NCBI GenBank assembly: GCA_018650165.1 | Contig: JABIGM010000057.1 | Span: forward strand, 1 to 42,540 | Length of the DNA stretch: 42,540 bases | Source: Methanobacteriota archaeon | GTDB taxonomy: Archaea > Thermoplasmatota > Poseidoniia > Poseidoniales > Poseidoniaceae | Direction: 5' to 3' | The notes under the pieces: generated by a model | The model's input: the letters and a program-made list of their open reading frames with translations, nothing else | What the model was told of the DNA's origin: nothing | Database searches by the model: none | In this document: one piece after another, positions 16,286-24,784 of the stretch | How the letters are laid out: every line of letters starts with the position of its first letter | Numbering within the stretch: position 1 is the stretch's first letter | Translations under genes and position numbers: made by a program

Positions 16286-17296
16286 GGTTTGGCCTCCGGT
16301 TCGAACCAACCCTGCACTCTCGAGTAATTCCATTGCATTATCAAATCGCTTTTGTGAAAATTGTCTATCCTCAACTAAGAATTTCTTGAGGCCTTCAACA
16401 TCAACATCGCCTTGCACTAAATCTTCATCTGCGATTTCAACAACAGGATGATTTCGAAAAACCTCTCTAATTTCATCGAGGCGTTCTGGAACATCCTTCT
16501 CTTTGATTTTACAAATTTCCTCGATGGTTCCAAATTCTTTGATGAGTTTGATTCCGGTTTTTGGGCCAATTCCGCTAATACCTGGGTGGAAATCTGTTCC
16601 AATCATTATTGCTAAATCGATTAACTGGTCTCTAGATAATTCGTTATCAGTCAAAACTTGTGATAAATCAATTCGCTGAGCACGAATGATTCGCCCCATT
16701 CTTTTACTTCCATCAGATGTAAGGTTTCGAATTACAACAGGCGCTCCATATAGCAAAGCATCCCAATCTTGTGTGGCTACTGCATCGAGTTGCCCATTTG
16801 CAGCCATTACAGCAGCTTGCGCCTCTCCCTCTGCCTTTGCACGGATAGCAGGTATGCCCATCAACGAGAGCATTTCCATTGATTCTTCAACCATTTCAGG
16901 AGTATATTTGACACATCGCTGTGCCATTTTTTGGGCAGTAACAAAATCACCAGCATCTAATGCGGCCTTCCACTCCAGTTCGGCTTGTTCTCTACGGGCC
17001 CTTCTTGCGGCCATCTCATCTTTCTTCAGTTCAGGGTGCGTCCCATCAAATATGAATACAGGCTTGACCCCTTTAGAAAGCAATAGGGAAGCTCTTGATA
17101 AAAATCCCATTAGGTGTGCGACGACCTTTCCATTTGCCGCTTTGAGAGAACCACCGTCACCAGTAGGGGACCGGTCTCTTATTGTTGTAAGAAATTGGAA
17201 CGCCAAAAGGAAACTATCGATACCAACCCGCTTGCCTTTCATGGCATCCATGGTAGTATCTTCAGCGTTTGCTAGGTCGCGCAGATTGCAGCCCAT
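16268..17296 (-). CDS. fen: Flap endonuclease 1
   Basis: MGCNLRDL, GIDSF..AFQFLTTIR, PVFIFDG, EGEAQAA, TQDWDALLYG, GTDFHPGISGIGPKT, C-terminal PIP box QTSLFSF. Confidence 0.96.
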   Translation of the reverse strand: MGCNLRDLANAEDTTMDAMKGKRVGIDSFLLAFQFLTTIRDRSPTGDGGSLKAANGKVVAHLMGFLSRASLLLSKGVKPVFIFDGTHPELKKDEMAARRARREQAELEWKAALDAGDFVTAQKMAQRCVKYTPEMVEESMEMLSLMGIPAIRAKAEGEAQAAVMAANGQLDAVATQDWDALLYGAPVVIRNLTSDGSKRMGRIIRAQRIDLSQVLTDNELSRDQLIDLAIMIGTDFHPGISGIGPKTGIKLIKEFGTIEEICKIKEKDVPERLDEIREVFRNHPVVEIADEDLVQGDVDVEGLKKFLVEDRQFSQKRFDNAMELLESAGLVRTGGQTSLFSF

Positions 17297-17351
17297 GACA
17301 GGGGCTGTGATAGGATACACTTGAGCCTCACGGCCAAAGCCTAGGAAAAAG

Positions 17352-17425
17352 CGGGCAATGCAGGATTCGAACCCACGTATTCGGCTCCGAAGGCCGAAAG
17401 GATATCCAGACTACCCCAATTGCCC
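17352..17425 (-). tRNA. tRNA-Arg(TCG)
   Basis: Acceptor GGGCAAT/ATTGCCC, anticodon arm TCGGC-CTTCGGA-GCCGA, TTCGAAT T-loop; 74 nt, no intron, no encoded CCA, T-tract downstream. Confidence 0.95.
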
Positions 17426-17500
17426 AAACCGACCCAAAAGCCCCCCCTTCTTGAACCACACCCTCGCGTCATTGAAGTGCTTATCAGTATTGGACGCTGT

Positions 17501-17905
17501 ATGGCTAAGTCTCTGCCCTGCATTCGTAATGGCTGCAGTATGTGTTGCAGAGAGACAATAATGCCGATTACTGCAACCGAGGCGAGCCGACTTTCACGCA
17601 GAACAGGAATGGCAGAAAGTGATTTTTGTAGTAAAGATGAATTGGGAATCCGCCGATTATTGAATAGCCAATCCACCAAAGCGTGTGTCTTCCTTGCAAC
17701 AGAATCAGATTTACCAACCGCGCCAGGTATTTGTTCGGTTTATGACAGCCGTCCGCTTGGGTGTAAGACATACCCTTCTGTCCTTAATGACGAAGATATA
17801 GCAATCCTAGATGATGAGATATGCCCTCATACGGATGAATTCGATGAACCCGATGAAGAAGTTGCGTTACGACTTCTCAATCTTGAGGCGAAATTGAAGC
17901 AATAA
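17501..17905 (+). CDS. YkgJ family cysteine-cluster (Zn/Fe-S) protein
   Basis: CIRNGCSMCC, ACVFL, CSVYDSRPLGCKTYP, final C; ORF-track start 17420 overlaps the tRNA. Confidence 0.88.
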   Translation: MAKSLPCIRNGCSMCCRETIMPITATEASRLSRRTGMAESDFCSKDELGIRRLLNSQSTKACVFLATESDLPTAPGICSVYDSRPLGCKTYPSVLNDEDIAILDDEICPHTDEFDEPDEEVALRLLNLEAKLKQ

Positions 17906-18908
17906 TCAACACCCGTCCAAGAGATTTGTGTACCGGTATTCCATAAGCGACTTCGATATCAAATCCCGGCAATTCCACATCACAAGTAACCATTTCATCG
18001 AGATTGTCTTTGCCTGCTTCACATGGCATAATGATAACTAAACGGCATTCGCTTTTTTGATTACAAATATTACTCAGAGTATCTTCAAGTAATTTTACAT
18101 CACCTTGAGAATTTCGCCCATATGGTGGGTCAACGACCACAGCAGCCAGGCTTTCAGGTAGTTCCATTCTAGTTGCATCTCCTCTTTTCACCTCTGCAAT
18201 AACTCCGGCCCATTGCAGATTTTCCTTCGCCCCATCCACCATTACAGGATCAAAATCAACGCCCAGTGTTGGGCGATTTGTGAGTCCCGATTCAATCAAT
18301 ATGCCCCCAGTGCCACACATTGGGTCAACAACATAACCACTCCTGGTTCCTGCTGCAATATTTACAGCCGCCCTTGCTAAGCGCGGCTCAATACTGACTG
18401 GTCGGAAAAACGGGCGTTTGTTTGCCCTCATTGCAGCCCAGCCATGTTTGCCTGGACCTTGTCCAATCATCCACCCCCAAGCGACATAACCTGCAGATGC
18501 ATCAAGGATTATTCCAAACCTATGAGACGGATTGTCCAGATTAAAAGTTGAACCTAAATCATGAAAAATCCCACCGACCTGCCTTTCAATCTCTTTAGTT
18601 GCGACCGGTAATTTACCTTCATGTCTCCAACATTCTATTGCCATATCTTCCTTTTTTTCACAGTGAATTAGGGATAATAATTCTTCTACTGAGCTCCATT
18701 TTGCTATGCCGCCGCCTGTTAATACGCATTCACACCCTGACATTATGTTGGCAAGGGACCAATCACTTTCTCCCTCAGCCAACACTAAGCGTCTAGCCTC
18801 GGTTTGGATTATGTTTGCTTCAGGAAACATTGCATCTGCCTCAGCTCTAGAGATTGCAGGGTGCCAACCCCTTAGTGCAATCACTGTGGACTCATGTTCA
18901 CTTTGCAT
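17877..18908 (-). CDS. THUMP-type tRNA m2G10 methyltransferase (Trm11/TrmG10-like)
   Basis: VDPMCGTGGILIE (motif I), VDFD, GDA, VVDPPYGR (motif IV), RPFFRPVSIEPRLARAAVN. Confidence 0.8.
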   Translation of the reverse strand: MQSEHESTVIALRGWHPAISRAEADAMFPEANIIQTEARRLVLAEGESDWSLANIMSGCECVLTGGGIAKWSSVEELLSLIHCEKKEDMAIECWRHEGKLPVATKEIERQVGGIFHDLGSTFNLDNPSHRFGIILDASAGYVAWGWMIGQGPGKHGWAAMRANKRPFFRPVSIEPRLARAAVNIAAGTRSGYVVDPMCGTGGILIESGLTNRPTLGVDFDPVMVDGAKENLQWAGVIAEVKRGDATRMELPESLAAVVVDPPYGRNSQGDVKLLEDTLSNICNQKSECRLVIIMPCEAGKDNLDEMVTCDVELPGFDIEVAYGIPVHKSLGRVLIIASISPQD

Positions 18909-18912
18909 CTAT

Positions 18913-19911
18913 TCACCTCGTGTAGATAGATACCGATTCATTTCCCCAATTGGTACGTGAGATATTGCTAAAGTGTGCTAAATTGAAATTGGTCGGAACT
19001 GGATTGGTGTGTGTAACATCTGATTGGACAATAATGAATTCATCAACCAGATCTGCTTCTAAAAAATGATTAATTGTAGTCGGACCTCCTTCTACTAGTA
19101 ATCTCTGAATTTCCAAATCTCCAAGCATATCAAGCATTGGACCAAGTCCCCTAAACTCTTCACTCAAGTGTTTAGTCCCAAAGCCGTCGGTCAATACTTT
19201 GGCCTCGGATTGAATTCGGTTATTTGGGTCGATTATTACACGAAGGGGTTGCCTTTGTGAATCAACTAACCGTACTGTGAGAGAGGGGTCGTCTCGGATT
19301 ACGGTATTTGCTCCAACTAGTATTGCACAACAATCCTTGCGTAGTTGGTGAACTTTAACCAAGCATTGTTCGCTAGTGAATCTACCTGAATTACCAGATA
19401 AATCATCGACTGAACCCTTGCAGTCGGTGGCAATTTTAACAGTAACAAATGGCCTGCGCAACTTGCACCAATGCAAAAACTCACGCATTTGTTCAGCAGC
19501 CTCATCTTCTAACAGTCCAGACTTTACAGAAATTCCCGCTTGCTCTAAGACCGCAATTCCATTGCCTCGAACAAGGGGGTTGGGGTCTCCATGAGCAACA
19601 ATTACTTCACTAATTCCTGCCCAAAGCAATGCTTCAGTGCAAGGGGGGGTTCGTCCAAAGTGGTTGCATGGTTCCAGCGTTACAAATGCAGTTGCACCGT
19701 TGGTACTGTGCCCCTTTTCTTCTGCATCATGTATTGCCATTTGCTCTGCATGCAATCCTCCAAGGTGGTCATGCCATCCTTCAGCAATTACAATTCCATC
19801 CTTTACAATAACACAACCAACTAGAGGATTTGGTCGAACAAGACCTCTTCCCTTTTCGGCGACATTGAGCGCGCGGCGCATATGCTCCCCCTCCTCCGCA
19901 CTCCAAGTCAT
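18913..19911 (-). CDS. ribD: Bifunctional riboflavin biosynthesis deaminase/reductase RibD
   Basis: PNPLVGCVIV, HAE, TLEPCNHFGRTPPC (Zn deaminase); ILVGANTVIRDDPSL, LLVEGG (reductase). Confidence 0.94.
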   Translation of the reverse strand: MTWSAEEGEHMRRALNVAEKGRGLVRPNPLVGCVIVKDGIVIAEGWHDHLGGLHAEQMAIHDAEEKGHSTNGATAFVTLEPCNHFGRTPPCTEALLWAGISEVIVAHGDPNPLVRGNGIAVLEQAGISVKSGLLEDEAAEQMREFLHWCKLRRPFVTVKIATDCKGSVDDLSGNSGRFTSEQCLVKVHQLRKDCCAILVGANTVIRDDPSLTVRLVDSQRQPLRVIIDPNNRIQSEAKVLTDGFGTKHLSEEFRGLGPMLDMLGDLEIQRLLVEGGPTTINHFLEADLVDEFIIVQSDVTHTNPVPTNFNLAHFSNISRTNWGNESVSIYTR

Positions 19912-19996
19912 GATGCTGGCTGGTTAGGCATCAGACATGAGTTCATCGCTTGTTTCAGCAATAGGTTTGATTGCCTCGACCTTTTCTACAATATTC

Positions 19997-21025
19997 ATGG
20001 GCCCCCTCCACTGTATCGTCAATCCAGCCAGCAGAGACCATACTTGTGGTAAGAGGTGGCCGAATATAGTTGCAAAATTAGAGTCAAGAGGTTTTGAGAT
20101 TAATTCTTACATTACCGAGGGTGTTGGACACGCCAGCGAACTTGCTTGGAAATTACGAAATGACAATGTTGAGGGTTTGATTGTTGCAGTCGGTGGCGAC
20201 GGAACCGTTCACGAGGTTGCTAGTGCTTTACGCGGGGGAGATATTCCAATGGGGATTTTACCATTTGGTTCTGGTAATGATTATGCTATAACCCAAGGAA
20301 TTTCTCGAAAGAATCTCGATTTGGCGATTGATGTATTGGCCAATGGAGTGGACCGTAGGTGCGCAGCATGGCGCTTGGAAGGGTTTCCTGCAACTAATGC
20401 TGGAGATTACCCCTCTCCTAAACCCAATGAATGGGACGGTGAAGCTAAGGATAAAGGAAGAGTCGTCAGGTGGGTATTTCTTGAATCCGATGCAGGGATT
20501 ACCAGTGCAATATCACGAGCAAAACTGTATCGTGCAAAATGGATTAAAGGTGGGAAAAAATACACTTACCTTGGAATCACAACAATTCCCTTTTGGCAGC
20601 GTCGAAAAGTTTGGCTCAAATTGGATGATGCCGAAGGACAAATTCTTGATTTTACTATGTTTGCTGCAACAACCGGGGAAACATTTGGTGGCGGATACCA
20701 GGTTTGCCCGGGTGTAACTCCTGTTGATGAAAGTGGGACAATTGTATATGCGCCACGCCTTTCAAGAATTGCAATGTTATCATTGATGGGGCCAATGAAG
20801 AAAGGAAAACACATCGGAAAGTGGGGGATCACTCAACAAAAAGCCAATCGTATAGAAATTAAGCCAGTAGATAAGGATGGTAATATCAGTGAATCACCAT
20901 TGGACCTATCAACATGGGTCCAAGCAGATGGAGAGCCGGTTATTGTAAGCCCTGCAACGCTGGAATGGCACACAGAACAATTACTCGTTAGAGGAGCAGT
21001 AGATGTTCCTTGGGCTTCAGAATGA
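19997..21025 (+). CDS. Diacylglycerol/lipid kinase family protein (YegS/DAGK-like)
   Basis: IVNPAS, VGGDGTVHEV, LPFGSGNDYA, FGGG, QADGEP. Confidence 0.9.
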   Translation: MGPLHCIVNPASRDHTCGKRWPNIVAKLESRGFEINSYITEGVGHASELAWKLRNDNVEGLIVAVGGDGTVHEVASALRGGDIPMGILPFGSGNDYAITQGISRKNLDLAIDVLANGVDRRCAAWRLEGFPATNAGDYPSPKPNEWDGEAKDKGRVVRWVFLESDAGITSAISRAKLYRAKWIKGGKKYTYLGITTIPFWQRRKVWLKLDDAEGQILDFTMFAATTGETFGGGYQVCPGVTPVDESGTIVYAPRLSRIAMLSLMGPMKKGKHIGKWGITQQKANRIEIKPVDKDGNISESPLDLSTWVQADGEPVIVSPATLEWHTEQLLVRGAVDVPWASE

Positions 21026-22378
21026 GAAATCACTGAAATCATCATCGTTAGCAATTGATGCTGATTTGTTTTGAGATACAGGGGCAGGTTCCGTTTCGAC
21101 TTCAGGTTCAGATTTCACAGCCCTCTTCTTAACAGAACGACGCTTTACCGGTTTATTTGCAGGAGCAGAGGCCGGTTTGGAAGTTTGAGTTCCTCTAGCA
21201 GAAGTTGAGAAATGGCTGCGACTTTGAGATGGTTCGGGCTGTGTTGAAACAACATTTCCAGAGGGCATAGGTCCTTTTTGCACCGGTTGGCTGCTGACCA
21301 CCGGTTGCGATTGCATTTGTTTGGCCCCACTTGCCACCACTACTGAGCCGCCACCGAATGTCTTTGGTGCCTCATCCTTATCCCCGGATGCCAAAACACT
21401 GTCTAGGCTGAAACCAGAGATCGCAATTTCATCTTCAGATTTCTTTTTTGGAGGTGGACTGCTCTTACGCTCTTTTGCAGCACGTTCTGTCGAACTTTCC
21501 AACCCTTCTTTCTTAGAAGATTTCAAGTCCTTCTTCATTTGAATAACCTTTGCCAATCCTTCTCTGCCAAGTAATGTCTCAGCAGTAGCTTTTGCTCCTT
21601 GACGAATAATCATTGTAGAGAGTATGAATAGTCCTACTCCGCCGCCTCCGGCAACAACTAGGAAGAACATTACGAATGACCATCTACCAAAAAAATCAGT
21701 ATCTCCAAGGTAGTATTCGTCATCATTTTCACCATCTAAACTTACAATTCCTTCAGCGGTTTTAATATTCGTGATGACCATTCCATGGCCCTGTCCTACA
21801 ACTACACAATTTTCATCAATTTCAGTTGTGCCAGCATCCATAATATATCCACTTAATTCGATAGGTTGGTGCCAATGCTCCAAAACATTGAGCCCATCAG
21901 CAATATTTTCTGAGCCAGGCACGATTCCGATAACAGCCCAATCATCTTCATTTGTTGATATTTTTGACCCAACAGCTTCGACAGGCATTGTAGGAGAATC
22001 CCAGTTTTTTAGATTAACTCTAGCAGCGGAGCCTTCTTCGATCGCTTCGGCATCACTCCATTTCATTTTGTCAATTATTACTGCGGCACCCATTGCAGAC
22101 TCAACATCATTGAGAGCCGGGTGTTCACTATACACTCTCGAAGTGATTAGCATTCCTGTGACTTTAATTTTTGAATTTTCAACTCCACACCCAATCAGTG
22201 AAACTTCCTCGTCATAGCCATCACCTAATTTTGATTGGATATGTGCTTTATCATCATCAATTTCAACTTGGAGTTGACCGTCCTCGCCCCCCCATTCTGG
22301 CGTAGAGGCATAGATACAACCTGCCATGAACATGAGTAGGACCAGCAGCATCGCTAGTGGTGCTCGTGTGCGGGCCAT
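21017..22378 (-). CDS. Putative lipoprotein with an additional TM helix and low-complexity cytoplasmic tail
   Basis: MARTRAPLAMLLVLLMFMAGC lipobox-like signal; internal TM WSFVMFFLVVAGGGGVGLFIL; K/S/P-rich tail ending DDDFSDFSF. Confidence 0.7.
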   Translation of the reverse strand: MARTRAPLAMLLVLLMFMAGCIYASTPEWGGEDGQLQVEIDDDKAHIQSKLGDGYDEEVSLIGCGVENSKIKVTGMLITSRVYSEHPALNDVESAMGAAVIIDKMKWSDAEAIEEGSAARVNLKNWDSPTMPVEAVGSKISTNEDDWAVIGIVPGSENIADGLNVLEHWHQPIELSGYIMDAGTTEIDENCVVVGQGHGMVITNIKTAEGIVSLDGENDDEYYLGDTDFFGRWSFVMFFLVVAGGGGVGLFILSTMIIRQGAKATAETLLGREGLAKVIQMKKDLKSSKKEGLESSTERAAKERKSSPPPKKKSEDEIAISGFSLDSVLASGDKDEAPKTFGGGSVVVASGAKQMQSQPVVSSQPVQKGPMPSGNVVSTQPEPSQSRSHFSTSARGTQTSKPASAPANKPVKRRSVKKRAVKSEPEVETEPAPVSQNKSASIANDDDFSDFSF

Positions 22379-22448
22379 GAGGTGCCTACGGCACCTTGAG
22401 TTGTTGAACCCTTTCCTACGATTCACCTATCGGTAAGATAAATTGAAG

Positions 22449-22531
22449 CGCGGAGAGAGAGATTCGAACTCCCGTGTCCGAGGGACAGTGGATTTCAAGT
22501 CCACCGCGATACCAGGCTATGCGATCTCCGC
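22449..22531 (-). tRNA. tRNA-Ser(TGA)
   Basis: Acceptor GCGGAGA/TCTCCGC, discriminator G, anticodon arm GTGGA-CTTGAAA-TCCAC, long variable arm TGTCC-CTC-GGACA, GTTCGAAT; 83 nt. Confidence 0.96.
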
Positions 22532-22574
22532 TTATTTTGACGGGGGGGCCTTTCTTTCAAGAATCTATCTTATG

Positions 22575-24320
22575 CTATTCCTCTCTGCTAATGGCAATAA
22601 TCGCTAGACTAAGGCTTGTAGCAACGGTTGCAAAGGCGAATCCCGGTAAGCCAGAACCTTCGTCCTTTGGATCATTAACCGAGTTCGCAGCTCTTTCAAT
22701 ATCTTCGACAAAATCATTTACATCCCAATCATATCCAATGAATACGACCAATGGCTCCCAGTCATCATTAAGAATAAACGTCTGAGTAGAGTGAGAGGTA
22801 GTTGTTTCATTTTCTTGTTCGTCATGCTCCATTACTGGCGACATTAGAGTAGTAGAATCTTCACCATCTGCAATCCATGCATAGTGGTTAGCATCTTCCA
22901 TCAAAATACTATCAGATGCAGAATCTGATGTCGACATCCAATGGCTATAATCGCCCATGTCGTGCCAAATGTAGAGGTTATATTCTGCTTCAATTCCATT
23001 GATTGAAGTGACTGTACCGTTTTCCATTTCATGCGAGATATCATTTTGATTTAGCGCGGTCATTGTATGCTCCATAGCACTAACTTCGCCCATCCCAGAA
23101 TAAGTTCCATTGAATATTGCGGTATTTCCACCGGGATAGATTACTCCCAATTTGTGAGTCATCTCTCCAGACATAGACATCTGTGGGGGCGGAATCATGG
23201 AATCCATTGTCGAATTTGGAGCCCAAGCAATATGCTCCTGTTCATGCAGATTATCCATACTAGATTCACTGTTCGCCCAAGATTCATTGTTCACGTCCCA
23301 GTAATGCAATTGCCACCACCATGACGAATCATTTGGTTCGCTAACACCAGCAATAGTAGACATATTATGGCCAGATTCAGAATTTGGGGCATCAAATGAT
23401 TCTAGGGCAGCTAAGGACATATGCCATGCGTTGATGTGAGTAAGAGTTGAAGACACATTAGTTCCATCTTCTTGAATAATTACAAAGGATTCATTTTCCA
23501 TATCAGGCATTGGAATAAGTGAATCATCGGATATGTTTGGAGCGAATGCCAGATTACCGGCATCTACGGAATCGATTCCACTAAGACTTTCTTCCCACAT
23601 GTGACTAGACATATTCCATGTATGTAATTGCCACCACCATGAATTGTCAGATGGGGTCTCATCTCCATTAATTCCTGTAATATAGTGCCCCCATTCACTT
23701 TCGGTCGAATTAATCGTCCAATTATTTTCAAATTCTGCTGCAACTAGTTGGTCCCACCCAGTAGGCATAACGGGGTAGACACTCTGACTTCCGTCAGGCA
23801 TTATTACAGAAACAGAAGATTCGACTTCGTTGTATTCCATGCTATGATTCTCCATCTCTTCATGGTCATGTGACTGAACTTCTTCAGTTACAACAGAAAT
23901 TTGGAAATCAGCCCAGACCTGTTCAAGGTCTACTAATTCGCCAGTTAGGTGGGGCCACGTTGCTCCAAAATTATCCATGTATGTTTTGAAAACTTCTGGT
24001 GAATCAGTAGCGGGGTCAACAGTAATTGAAATGAATTGGTAATCAATATCATCTAATTGTTTTTCAGCTTGAACGAGATTGTTAGTAATCGCTGGGCAAA
24101 CATCGACACAGGTCGTAAAAACAAAAGCGACTACAGTGACATCAGCATTCCCTTTTTGCATCGAATATGGGTTACCATCCTGGTCGATAAGTACTCTATT
24201 CGGAATCGGATCTCGGTCTAGGTCATAGCCATTCCAATGAACGCCATCTCCACTAGCACTGCTTGAAGGGATGGTCGAGGCACAAAGTAGAGTGACTATG
24301 GCTACAGCGAAAAAGCGCAT
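22575..24320 (-). CDS. SCO1/SenC copper chaperone with three inserted DUF4430-like repeats and a PGF-CTERM anchor
   Basis: Signal peptide; FVFTTCVDVCP (CxxxC), ISITVDPATD, WPHLTG; C-terminal half of the Sco fold (SHSTQTFILN) resumes at aa 509; LPGF + TM + REE. Confidence 0.88.
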   Translation of the reverse strand: MRFFAVAIVTLLCASTIPSSSASGDGVHWNGYDLDRDPIPNRVLIDQDGNPYSMQKGNADVTVVAFVFTTCVDVCPAITNNLVQAEKQLDDIDYQFISITVDPATDSPEVFKTYMDNFGATWPHLTGELVDLEQVWADFQISVVTEEVQSHDHEEMENHSMEYNEVESSVSVIMPDGSQSVYPVMPTGWDQLVAAEFENNWTINSTESEWGHYITGINGDETPSDNSWWWQLHTWNMSSHMWEESLSGIDSVDAGNLAFAPNISDDSLIPMPDMENESFVIIQEDGTNVSSTLTHINAWHMSLAALESFDAPNSESGHNMSTIAGVSEPNDSSWWWQLHYWDVNNESWANSESSMDNLHEQEHIAWAPNSTMDSMIPPPQMSMSGEMTHKLGVIYPGGNTAIFNGTYSGMGEVSAMEHTMTALNQNDISHEMENGTVTSINGIEAEYNLYIWHDMGDYSHWMSTSDSASDSILMEDANHYAWIADGEDSTTLMSPVMEHDEQENETTTSHSTQTFILNDDWEPLVVFIGYDWDVNDFVEDIERAANSVNDPKDEGSGLPGFAFATVATSLSLAIIAISREE

Positions 24321-24370
24321 AAATAACGCTCTAAGGGGTTGTTTATCAAACCTATTCCGAATATGTTTGA

Positions 24371-24775
24371 TTATTCAGTTACGTAAGAATAATCCCAATT
24401 TGGAGTGCACCAAGACGGTAGCCCATCGATTCCATCGGGGTTAGAAAGTCCAATTCCCCAAATCATCAATACAACAAACAGAACTGGGAACAGTGCAGTT
24501 CTTGTGTAAATGAAAGGGTCACCCTTCAGATGCATAAAAAATGCTGCAATACCGTACCCTTTGATAATTCCAACAATAATTAAAACTGCCCAAACAGCAC
24601 CTCTTGTGATTACTATGTCAGTACCTGGTATTGTGTCAAAGAACACTGCTGCGACTTCGAATAGTGTAAAGAACATCAGTATTAGGAAGTTCACATAGTA
24701 AACATCCTTGCCGATCATATCAGCCATTTTCTGGAAGAGTCCTGCAATTAGCCCTGTATATTTTTCCTCACTCAT
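24371..24775 (-). CDS. coxD: Cytochrome c oxidase subunit IV (prokaryotic)
   Basis: Three TM helices, FTLFEV, KGYGIAAFFMHLK; follows subunit III. Confidence 0.85.
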   Translation of the reverse strand: MSEEKYTGLIAGLFQKMADMIGKDVYYVNFLILMFFTLFEVAAVFFDTIPGTDIVITRGAVWAVLIIVGIIKGYGIAAFFMHLKGDPFIYTRTALFPVLFVVLMIWGIGLSNPDGIDGLPSWCTPNWDYSYVTE

Positions 24776-24784
24776 ATTATCGCC

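Noticed and set aside
16686-17324. 212-aa plus-strand ORF
   Set aside because: Antisense to FEN-1; typical shadow frame.
19912-19996. FMN riboswitch upstream of ribD
   Set aside because: Only 85 bp, shared with a divergent gene, with no RFN consensus.
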